From Escherichia phage T7, in sequence record OL964749.1: 37,063 nt of DNA, one strand, 5' to 3'. A model generated the notes under the pieces. The model saw only the letters and a program-made list of their open reading frames with translations, was not told the origin of the DNA and made no database searches. This document shows, one piece after another, positions 1 through 7,350 of this stretch. How positions within the stretch are numbered: position 1 is the stretch's first letter; every line of letters begins with the position of its first letter. Position numbers and translations under genes: made by a program.

Positions 1-150
1 CTCACAGTGTACGGACCTAAAGTTCCCCCATAGGGGTACCTAAAGCCCAGCCAATCACCTAAAGTCAATGACCTTGAGGGTTCCCTAAGGGTTGGGGATG
101 ACCCTTGGGTTTGTCTTTGGGTGTTACCTTGAGTGTCTCTCTGTGTCCCT
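1..150. repeat. Left terminal direct repeat (TR) of a T7-type genome; identical copy at the right end
   Basis: Bases 1-150 recur exactly at 36914-37063; sequence matches the T7 terminal redundancy (CTCACAGTGTACGGACCTAAAG...). Confidence 0.95.
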
Positions 151-345
151 ACCTGTTACAGTCTCCTAAAGTATCCTCCTAAAGTATCCTCCTAAAGTCA
201 CCTCCTAACGTCCATCCTAAAGCCAACACCTAAAGACCCATCAAGTCAACGCCTATCTTAAAGTTTAAACATAAAGACCAGACCTAAAGACCAGACCTAA
301 AGACACTACATAAAGACCAGACCTAAAGACGCCTTGTTGTTAGCC
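151..345. repeat. Left-end array of short CCTAAAG-containing repeats (concatemer junction region)
   Basis: Repeated 12-13 bp units such as CCTAAAGTATCCT (165-177 and 178-190), CCTAAAGTCACCT, CCTAAAGACCAGA, as in the T7 left end. Confidence 0.8.
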
Positions 346-366
346 ATAAAGTGATAACCTTTAATC

Positions 367-431
367 ATTGTCTTTATTAATACAACTCATTGTCTTTATT
401 AATATAATCATTGTCTTTATTAATACAACTC
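367..431 (+). repeat. Tandem triplication of a 21-22 bp unit (ATTGTCTTTATTAATACAACTC) spanning the upstream half of promoter phiOL
   Basis: Copies at 367-388, 389-409 (variant AATATAATC) and 410-431; only the third is followed by CACTATAAGGAGAG. Confidence 0.85.
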
Positions 432-443
432 ACTATAAGGAGA
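421..443 (+). promoter_or_regulatory. T7 RNA polymerase promoter phiOL (left-end replication/packaging-associated promoter)
   Basis: TAATACAACTCACTATAAGGAGAG matches the T7 promoter consensus over -17 to +6 except two positions; predicted +1 near 438. Confidence 0.8.
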
Positions 444-494
444 GACAACTTAAAGAGACTTAAAAGATTAATTTAAAATTTATCAAAAAGAGTA

Positions 495-531
495 TTGACT
501 TAAAGTCTAACCTATAGGATACTTACAGCCA
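495..531 (+). promoter_or_regulatory. Strong early sigma70 promoter A1
   Basis: -35 TTGACT (495-500), 17-bp spacer, -10 GATACT (518-523), start near 531; matches the known T7 A1 sequence. Confidence 0.85.
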
Positions 532-642
532 TCGAGAGGGACACGGCGAATAGCCATCCCAATCGACACCGGGGTCAACCGGGCGCACAGTGCCTTCTAG
601 GTGACTTAAGCGCACCACGGCACATAAGGTGAAACAAAACGG

Positions 643-679
643 TTGACAACATGAAGTAAACACGGTACGATGTACCACA
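643..679 (+). promoter_or_regulatory. Early sigma70 promoter A3
   Basis: -35 TTGACA (643-648), 17-bp spacer, -10 TACGAT (666-671); matches T7 A3. The A2 promoter expected between A1 and A3 is absent. Confidence 0.85.
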
Positions 680-789
680 TGAAACGACAGTGAGTCACCA
701 CACTGAAAGGTGATGCGGTCTAACGAAACCTGACCTAAGACGCTCTTTAACAATCTGGTAAATAGCTCTTGAGTGCATGACTAGCGGAT

Positions 790-830
790 AACTCAAGGGT
801 ATCGCAAGGTGCCCTTTATGATATTCACTA
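790..830 (+). promoter_or_regulatory. RNase III processing hairpin R0.3
   Basis: Inverted repeat AAGGGTATCGCAAGGTGCCCTT just upstream of the ocr start, typical of T7 RNase III sites. Confidence 0.55.
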
Positions 831-853
831 ATAACTGCACGAGGTAACACAAG

Positions 854-1549
854 ATGGCTATGTCTAACATGACTTACAACAACGTTTTCGACCACGCTTA
901 CGAAATGCTGAAAGAAAACATCCGTTATGATGACATCCGTGACACTGATGACCTGCACGATGCTATTCACATGGCTGCCGATAATGCAGTTCCGCACTAC
1001 TACGCTGACATCTTTAGCGTAATGGCAAGTGAGGGCATTGACCTTGAGTTCGAAGACTCTGATCTGATGCCTGACACCAAGGACGTAATCCGCATCCTGC
1101 AAGCGCGTATCTATGAGCAATTAACGATTGACCTCTGGGAAGACGCAGAAGACTTGCTCAATGAATACTTGGAGGAAGTCGAGGAAGTCGCACGACAGAA
1201 AGAAATTGACCGCGCTAAGGCCCGTAAAGAACGTCACGAGGGGCGCTTAGAGGCACGCAGATTCAAACGTCGCAACCGCAAGGCACGTAAAGCACACAAA
1301 GCTAAGCGCGAAAGAATGCTTGCTGCGTGGCGATGGGCTGAACGTCAAGAACGGCGTAACCATGAGGTAGCTGTAGATGTACTAGGAAGAACCAATAACG
1401 CTATGCTCCGGGTCAACATGTCCTCTGGGGACTTTAAGGCGCTTGAGGAACGAATCGCGCTGCACTGGCGTAATGCTGACCGGATGGCTATCGCTAATGG
1501 TCTTACGCTCAACATTGATAAGCAACTTGACGCAATGTTAATGGGCTGA
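854..1549 (+). CDS. In-frame fusion: Ocr (gene 0.3 anti-restriction DNA mimic, residues 1 to about 111) joined to the C-terminal roughly 120 aa of gp0.7 (host transcription shut-off domain); kinase domain absent
   Basis: 231-aa ORF; N-terminus [19 protein letters not shown]...[10 protein letters not shown] equals T7 Ocr, then a basic Arg/Lys-rich tail ending 71 bp before gene 1, as gene 0.7 does in T7. Confidence 0.85.
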   Translation: MAMSNMTYNNVFDHAYEMLKENIRYDDIRDTDDLHDAIHMAADNAVPHYYADIFSVMASEGIDLEFEDSDLMPDTKDVIRILQARIYEQLTIDLWEDAEDLLNEYLEEVEEVARQKEIDRAKARKERHEGRLEARRFKRRNRKARKAHKAKRERMLAAWRWAERQERRNHEVAVDVLGRTNNAMLRVNMSSGDFKALEERIALHWRNADRMAIANGLTLNIDKQLDAMLMG

Positions 1550-1552
1550 TAG

Positions 1553-1612
1553 TCTTATCTTACAGGTCATCTGCGGGTGGCCTGAATAGGTACGATTTAC
1601 TAACTGGAAGAG
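1553..1612 (+). promoter_or_regulatory. RNase III site R1 upstream of gene 1
   Basis: Hairpin CAGGTCATCTGCGGGTGGCCTG between the fusion ORF stop and the gene 1 start. Confidence 0.6.
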
Positions 1613-1619
1613 GCACTAA

Positions 1620-4271
1620 ATGAACACGATTAACATCGCTAAGAACGACTTCTCTGACATCGAACTGGCTGCTATCCCGTTCAACACTCTGGCTGACCAT
1701 TACGGTGAGCGTTTAGCTCGCGAACAGTTGGCCCTTGAGCATGAGTCTTACGAGATGGGTGAAGCACGCTTCCGCAAGATGTTTGAGCGTCAACTTAAAG
1801 CTGGTGAGGTTGCGGATAACGCTGCCGCCAAGCCTCTCATCACTACCCTACTCCCTAAGATGATTGCACGCATCAACGACTGGTTTGAGGAAGTGAAAGC
1901 TAAGCGCGGCAAGCGCCAGACAGCCTTCCAGTTCCTGCAAGAAATCAAGCCGGAAGCCGTAGCGTACATCACCATTAAGACCACTCTGGCTTGCCTAACC
2001 AGTGCTGACAATACAACCGTTCAGGCTGTAGCAAGCGCAATCGGTCGGGCCATTGAGGACGAGGCTCGCTTCGGTCGTATCCGTGACCTTGAAGCTAAGC
2101 ACTTCAAGAAAAACGTTGAGGAACAACTCAACAAGCGCGTAGGGCACGTCTACAAGAAAGCATTTATGCGAGTTGTCGAGGCTGACATGCTCTCTAAGGG
2201 TCTACTCGGTGGCGAGGCGTGGTCTTCGTGGCATAAGGAAGACTCTATTCATGTAGGAGTACGCTGCATCGAGATGCTCATTGAGTCAACCGGAATGGTT
2301 AGCTTACACCGCCAAAATGCTGGCGTAGTAGGTCAAGACTCTGAGACTATCGAACTCGCACCTGAATACGCTGAGGCTATCGCAACCCGTGCAGGTGCGC
2401 TGGCTGGCATCTCTCCGATGTTCCAACCTTGCGTAGTTCCTCCTAAGCCGTGGACTGGCATTACTGGTGGTGGCTATTGGGCTAACGGTCGTCGTCCTCT
2501 GGCGCTGGTGCGTACTCACAGTAAGAAAGCACTGATGCGCTACGAAGACGTTTACATGCCTGAGGTGTACAAAGCGATTAACATTGCGCAAAACACCGCA
2601 TGGAAAATCAACAAGAAAGTCCTAGCGGTCGCCAACGTAATCACCAAGTGGAAGCATTGTCCGGTCGAGGACATCCCTGCGATTGAGCATGAAGAACTCC
2701 CGATGAAACCGGAAGACATCGACATGAATCCTGAGGCTCTCACCGCGTGGAAACGTGCTGCCGCTGCTGTGTACCGCAAGGACAAGGCTCGCAAGTCTCG
2801 CCGTATCAGCCTTGAGTTCATGCTTGAGCAAGCCAATAAGTTTGCTAACCATAAGGCCATCTGGTTCCCTTACAACATGGACTGGCGCGGTCGTGTTTAC
2901 GCTGTGTCAATGTTCAACCCGCAAGGTAACGATATGACCAAAGGACTGCTTACGCTGGCGAAAGGTAAACCAATCGGTAAGGAAGGTTACTACTGGCTGA
3001 AAATCCACGGTGCAAACTGTGCGGGTGTCGATAAGGTTCCGTTCCCTGATCGCATCAAGTTCATTGAGGAAAACCACGAGAACATCATGGCTTGCGCTAA
3101 GTCTCCACTGGAGAACACTTGGTGGGCTGAGCAAGATTCTCCGTTCTGCTTCCTTGCGTTCTGCTTTGAGTACGCTGGGGTACAGCACCACGGCCTGAGC
3201 TATAACTGCTCCCTTCCGCTGGCGTTTGACGGGTCTTGCTCTGGCATCCAGCACTTCTCCGCGATGCTCCGAGATGAGGTAGGTGGTCGCGCGGTTAACT
3301 TGCTTCCTAGTGAAACCGTTCAGGACATCTACGGGATTGTTGCTAAGAAAGTCAACGAGATTCTACAAGCAGACGCAATCAATGGGACCGATAACGAAGT
3401 AGTTACCGTGACCGATGAGAACACTGGTGAAATCTCTGAGAAAGTCAAGCTGGGCACTAAGGCACTGGCTGGTCAATGGCTGGCTTACGGTGTTACTCGC
3501 AGTGTGACTAAGCGTTCAGTCATGACGCTGGCTTACGGGTCCAAAGAGTTCGGCTTCCGTCAACAAGTGCTGGAAGATACCATTCAGCCAGCTATTGATT
3601 CCGGCAAGGGTCTGATGTTCACTCAGCCGAATCAGGCTGCTGGATACATGGCTAAGCTGATTTGGGAATCTGTGAGCGTGACGGTGGTAGCTGCGGTTGA
3701 AGCAATGAACTGGCTTAAGTCTGCTGCTAAGCTGCTGGCTGCTGAGGTCAAAGATAAGAAGACTGGAGAGATTCTTCGCAAGCGTTGCGCTGTGCATTGG
3801 GTAACTCCTGATGGTTTCCCTGTGTGGCAGGAATACAAGAAGCCTATTCAGACGCGCTTGAACCTGATGTTCCTCGGTCAGTTCCGCTTACAGCCTACCA
3901 TTAACACCAACAAAGATAGCGAGATTGATGCACACAAACAGGAGTCTGGTATCGCTCCTAACTTTGTACACAGCCAAGACGGTAGCCACCTTCGTAAGAC
4001 TGTAGTGTGGGCACACGAGAAGTACGGAATCGAATCTTTTGCACTGATTCACGACTCCTTCGGTACCATTCCGGCTGACGCTGCGAACCTGTTCAAAGCA
4101 GTGCGCGAAACTATGGTTGACACATATGAGTCTTGTGATGTACTGGCTGATTTCTACGACCAGTTCGCTGACCAGTTGCACGAGTCTCAATTGGACAAAA
4201 TGCCAGCACTTCCGGCTAAAGGTAACTTGAACCTCCGTGACATCTTAGAGTCGGACTTCGCGTTCGCGTAA
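1620..4271 (+). CDS. T7 RNA polymerase (gene 1), single-subunit DNA-dependent RNA polymerase
   Basis: 883-aa ORF, MNTINIAKNDFSDIELAAIPFNTLADHYG...ESDFAFA, essentially identical to T7 RNAP. Confidence 0.98.
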   Translation: MNTINIAKNDFSDIELAAIPFNTLADHYGERLAREQLALEHESYEMGEARFRKMFERQLKAGEVADNAAAKPLITTLLPKMIARINDWFEEVKAKRGKRQTAFQFLQEIKPEAVAYITIKTTLACLTSADNTTVQAVASAIGRAIEDEARFGRIRDLEAKHFKKNVEEQLNKRVGHVYKKAFMRVVEADMLSKGLLGGEAWSSWHKEDSIHVGVRCIEMLIESTGMVSLHRQNAGVVGQDSETIELAPEYAEAIATRAGALAGISPMFQPCVVPPKPWTGITGGGYWANGRRPLALVRTHSKKALMRYEDVYMPEVYKAINIAQNTAWKINKKVLAVANVITKWKHCPVEDIPAIEHEELPMKPEDIDMNPEALTAWKRAAAAVYRKDKARKSRRISLEFMLEQANKFANHKAIWFPYNMDWRGRVYAVSMFNPQGNDMTKGLLTLAKGKPIGKEGYYWLKIHGANCAGVDKVPFPDRIKFIEENHENIMACAKSPLENTWWAEQDSPFCFLAFCFEYAGVQHHGLSYNCSLPLAFDGSCSGIQHFSAMLRDEVGGRAVNLLPSETVQDIYGIVAKKVNEILQADAINGTDNEVVTVTDENTGEISEKVKLGTKALAGQWLAYGVTRSVTKRSVMTLAYGSKEFGFRQQVLEDTIQPAIDSGKGLMFTQPNQAAGYMAKLIWESVSVTVVAAVEAMNWLKSAAKLLAAEVKDKKTGEILRKRCAVHWVTPDGFPVWQEYKKPIQTRLNLMFLGQFRLQPTINTNKDSEIDAHKQESGIAPNFVHSQDGSHLRKTVVWAHEKYGIESFALIHDSFGTIPADAANLFKAVRETMVDTYESCDVLADFYDQFADQLHESQLDKMPALPAKGNLNLRDILESDFAFA

Positions 4272-4279
4272 CGCCAAAT

Positions 4280-4302
4280 CAATACGACTCACTATAGAGG
4301 GA
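4280..4302 (+). promoter_or_regulatory. T7 promoter phi1.1A
   Basis: CAATACGACTCACTATAGAGGGA; +1 near 4297. Confidence 0.85.
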
Positions 4303-4354
4303 CAAACTCAAGGTCATTCGCAAGAGTGGCCTTTATGATTGACCTTCTTCCGGT

Positions 4355-4377
4355 TAATACGACTCACTATAGGAGAA
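4355..4377 (+). promoter_or_regulatory. T7 promoter phi1.1B
   Basis: TAATACGACTCACTATAGGAGAA; +1 near 4372. Confidence 0.9.
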
Positions 4378-4455
4378 CCTTAAGGTTTAACTTTAAGACC
4401 CTTAAGTGTTAATTAGAGATTTAAATTAAAGAATTAATAAGAGAGGACTTTAAGT

Positions 4456-4584
4456 ATGCGTAACTTCGAAAAGATGACCAAACGTTCTAACCGTAATGCT
4501 CGTGACTTCGAGGCAACCAAAGGTCGCAAGTTGAATAAGACTAAGCGTGACCGCTCTCACAAGCGTAGCTGGGAGGGTCAGTAA
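4456..4584 (+). CDS. Gene 1.1 protein (42 aa, basic, function unknown)
   Basis: ORF MRNFEKMTKRSNRNARDFEATKGRKLNKTKRDRSHKRSWEGQ with upstream GAGAGGA Shine-Dalgarno; position conserved with T7 gene 1.1. Confidence 0.8.
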   Translation: MRNFEKMTKRSNRNARDFEATKGRKLNKTKRDRSHKRSWEGQ

Positions 4585-4585
4585 G

Positions 4586-4843
4586 ATGGGACGTTTATAT
4601 AGTGGTAATCTGGCAGCATTCAAGGCAGCAACAAACAAGCTGTTCCAGTTAGACTTAGCTGTCATTTATGATGACTGGTATGATGCCTATACAAGAAAAG
4701 ATTGCATACGGTTACGTATTGAGGACAGGAGTGGAAACCTGATTGATACTAGCACCTTCTACCACCACGACGAGGACGTTCTGTTCAATATGTGTACTGA
4801 TTGGTTGAACCATATGTATGACCAGTTGAAGGACTGGAAGTAA
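4586..4843 (+). CDS. Gene 1.2 protein (inhibitor of host dGTPase Dgt), 85 aa
   Basis: MGRLYSGNLAAFKAATNKLFQLDLAVIYDDWYDAYTRKDCIRLRIED...KDWK; matches T7 gp1.2. The ORF-track start at 4547 is an upstream extension. Confidence 0.85.
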   Translation: MGRLYSGNLAAFKAATNKLFQLDLAVIYDDWYDAYTRKDCIRLRIEDRSGNLIDTSTFYHHDEDVLFNMCTDWLNHMYDQLKDWK

Positions 4844-4863
4844 TACGACTCAGTATAGGGACA
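4841..4863 (+). promoter_or_regulatory. T7 promoter phi1.3
   Basis: TAATACGACTCAGTATAGGGACA; +1 near 4858. Confidence 0.85.
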
Positions 4864-4865
4864 AT

Positions 4866-4905
4866 GCTTAAGGTCGCTCTCTAGGAGTGGCCTTAGTCAT
4901 TTAAC
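4866..4905 (+). promoter_or_regulatory. RNase III site R1.3
   Basis: Hairpin TTAAGGTCGCTCTCTAGGAGTGGCCTTAG immediately downstream of phi1.3. Confidence 0.55.
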
Positions 4906-4923
4906 CAATAGGAGATAAACATT

Positions 4924-6003
4924 ATGATGAACATTAAGACTAACCCGTTTAAAGCCGTGTCTTTCGTAGAGTCTGCCATTAAGAAGGCTCTGGATAACGC
5001 TGGGTATCTTATCGCTGAAATCAAGTACGATGGTGTACGCGGGAACATCTGCGTAGACAATACTGCTAACAGTTACTGGCTCTCTCGTGTATCTAAAACG
5101 ATTCCGGCACTGGAGCACTTAAACGGGTTTGATGTTCGCTGGAAGCGTCTACTGAACGATGACCGTTGCTTCTACAAAGATGGCTTTATGCTTGATGGGG
5201 AACTCATGGTCAAGGGCGTAGACTTTAACACAGGGTCCGGCCTACTGCGTACCAAATGGACTGACACGAAGAACCAAGAGTTCCATGAAGAGTTATTCGT
5301 TGAACCAATCCGTAAGAAAGATAAAGTTCCCTTTAAGCTGCACACTGGACACCTTCACATAAAACTGTACGCTATCCTCCCGCTGCACATCGTGGAGTCT
5401 GGAGAAGACTGTGATGTCATGACGTTGCTCATGCAGGAACACGTTAAGAACATGCTGCCTCTGCTACAGGAATACTTCCCTGAAATCGAATGGCAAGCGG
5501 CTGAATCTTACGAGGTCTACGATATGGTAGAACTACATCAACTGTACGAGCAGAAGCGAGCAGAAGGCCATGAGGGTCTCATTGTGAAAGACCCGATGTG
5601 TATCTATAAGCGCGGTAAGAAATCTGGCTGGTGGAAAATGAAACCTGAGAACGAAGCTGACGGTATCATTCAGGGTCTGGTATGGGGTACAAAAGGTCTG
5701 GCTAATGAAGGTAAAGTGATTGGTTTTGAGGTGCTTCTTGAGAGTGGTCGTTTAGTTAACGCCACGAATATCTCTCGCGCCTTAATGGATGAGTTCACTG
5801 AGACAGTAAAAGAGGCCACCCTAAGTCAATGGGGATTCTTTAGCCCATACGGTATTGGCGACAACGATGCTTGTACTATTAACCCTTACGATGGCTGGGC
5901 GTGTCAAATTAGCTACATGGAGGAAACACCTGATGGCTCTTTGCGGCACCCATCGTTCGTAATGTTCCGTGGCACCGAGGACAACCCTCAAGAGAAAATG
6001 TAA
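4924..6003 (+). CDS. ATP-dependent DNA ligase (gene 1.3)
   Basis: 359-aa ORF MMNIKTNPFKAVSFVESAIKK... with the adenylation motif KYDGVRG; matches T7 ligase. Confidence 0.95.
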   Translation: MMNIKTNPFKAVSFVESAIKKALDNAGYLIAEIKYDGVRGNICVDNTANSYWLSRVSKTIPALEHLNGFDVRWKRLLNDDRCFYKDGFMLDGELMVKGVDFNTGSGLLRTKWTDTKNQEFHEELFVEPIRKKDKVPFKLHTGHLHIKLYAILPLHIVESGEDCDVMTLLMQEHVKNMLPLLQEYFPEIEWQAAESYEVYDMVELHQLYEQKRAEGHEGLIVKDPMCIYKRGKKSGWWKMKPENEADGIIQGLVWGTKGLANEGKVIGFEVLLESGRLVNATNISRALMDEFTETVKEATLSQWGFFSPYGIGDNDACTINPYDGWACQISYMEETPDGSLRHPSFVMFRGTEDNPQEKM

Positions 6004-6010
6004 TCACACT

Positions 6011-6038
6011 GGCTCACCTTCGGGTGGGCCTTTCTGCG
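6011..6038 (+). terminator. Early transcription terminator TE (rho-independent, for host RNA polymerase)
   Basis: GC-rich hairpin GGCTCACCTTCGGGTGGGCC followed by TTTCTGCGTTT directly after the ligase stop. Confidence 0.9.
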
Positions 6039-6053
6039 TTTATAAGGAGACAC

Positions 6054-6076
6054 TTTTACGACTCACTAAAGGAGGT
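6054..6076 (+). promoter_or_regulatory. T7 promoter phi1.5 with non-consensus -16/-15 (TTTTACGACTCACTAAAGGAGGT)
   Basis: Matches the class II promoter from -14 to +6; positions -16 and -15 are TT instead of AA, consistent with a deletion junction at the promoter edge. Confidence 0.7.
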
Positions 6077-6083
6077 ACACACC

Positions 6084-6173
6084 ATGATGTACTTAATGCC
6101 ATTACTCATCGTCATTGTAGGATGCCTTGCGCTCCACTGTAGCGATGATGATATGCCAGATGGTCACGCTTAA
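6084..6173 (+). CDS. Gene 1.5 protein (29 aa)
   Basis: ORF MMYLMPLLIVIVGCLALHCSDDDMPDGHA preceded by AAGGAGGT; matches T7 gene 1.5. Confidence 0.7.
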   Translation: MMYLMPLLIVIVGCLALHCSDDDMPDGHA

Positions 6174-6193
6174 TACGACTCACTAAAGGAGAC
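6171..6193 (+). promoter_or_regulatory. T7 promoter phi1.6
   Basis: TAATACGACTCACTAAAGGAGAC; +1 near 6188. Confidence 0.9.
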
Positions 6194-6198
6194 ACTAT

Positions 6199-6465
6199 AT
6201 GTTTCGACTTCATTACAACAAAAGCGTTAAGAATTTCACGGTTCGCCGTGCTGACCGTTCAATCGTATGTGCGAGCGAGCGCCGAGCTAAGATACCTCTT
6301 ATTGGTAACACAGTTCCTTTGGCACCTAGCGTCCACATCATTATCACCCGTTGTGACTTTGAGAAAGCAATAGACAAGAAACGTCCGGTTCTTAGTGTGG
6401 CAGTGACCCGCTTCCCGTTCGTCCGTCTGTTACTCAAACGAATCAAGGAGGTGTTACACCTGTAA
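6199..6465 (+). CDS. Gene 1.6 protein (88 aa here; C-terminal residues may be altered by the adjacent deletion)
   Basis: [32 protein letters not shown]...; position and N-terminus match T7 gene 1.6. Confidence 0.8.
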   Translation: MFRLHYNKSVKNFTVRRADRSIVCASERRAKIPLIGNTVPLAPSVHIIITRCDFEKAIDKKRPVLSVAVTRFPFVRLLLKRIKEVLHL

Positions 6466-6481
6466 CAAAGGAGCTAACGAT

Positions 6482-6941
6482 ATGACCGAACGTGAACAAG
6501 AGATGATCATTAAGTTGATAGACAATAATGAAGGTCGCCCAGATGATTTGAATGGCTGCGGTATTCTCTGCTCCAATGTCCCTTGCCACCTCTGCCCCGC
6601 AAATAACGATCAAAAGATAACCTTAGGTGAAATCCGAGCGATGGACCCACGTAAACCACATCTGAATAAACCTGAGGTAACTCCTACAGATGACCAGCCT
6701 TCCGCTGAGACAATCGAAGGTGTCACTAAGCCTTCCCACTACATGCTGTTTGACGACATTGAGGCTATCGAAGTGATTGCTCGTTCAATGACCGTTGAGC
6801 AGTTCAAGGGATACTGCTTCGGTAACATCTTAAAGTACAGACTACGTGCTGGTAAGAAGTCAGAGTTAGCGTACTTAGAGAAAGACCTAGCGAAAGCAGA
6901 CTTCTATAAAGAACTCTTTGAGAAACATAAGGATAAATGTT

Positions 6942-6949
<8 letters not shown>
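6482..6949 (+). CDS. Gene 1.7 protein (nucleotide kinase), N-terminally truncated: 155 aa against 196 aa in reference T7
   Basis: ORF MTEREQEMIIKLIDNNEGRPDDLNGCGILCSN...KDKCYA equals the C-terminal 155 aa of gp1.7; AAGGAG lies 8 nt upstream of this internal Met. Confidence 0.8.
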
Positions 6950-7282
<333 letters not shown>

Positions 7283-7285
<3 letters not shown>

Positions 7286-7306
7286 TACGACTCACTATTA
7301 GGGAAG
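7283..7306 (+). promoter_or_regulatory. T7 promoter phi2.5
   Basis: TAATACGACTCACTATTAGGGAAGA. Confidence 0.85.
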
Positions 7307-7350
7307 ACTCCCTCTGAGAAACCAAACGAAACCTAAAGGAGATTAACATT

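Larger units (their letters stand above)
4280..4450 (+). other. Primary origin of DNA replication region (phi1.1A/phi1.1B plus AT-rich segment)
   Basis: Two T7 promoters followed by an AT-rich stretch (4380-4440), the arrangement of the T7 primary origin. Confidence 0.6.

Noticed and set aside
151-345. Short direct-repeat array at the left end as a possible CRISPR array
   Set aside because: Units are 12-13 bp with no regular repeat-spacer periodicity and no cas genes; this is the known T7 concatemer-junction repeat region.
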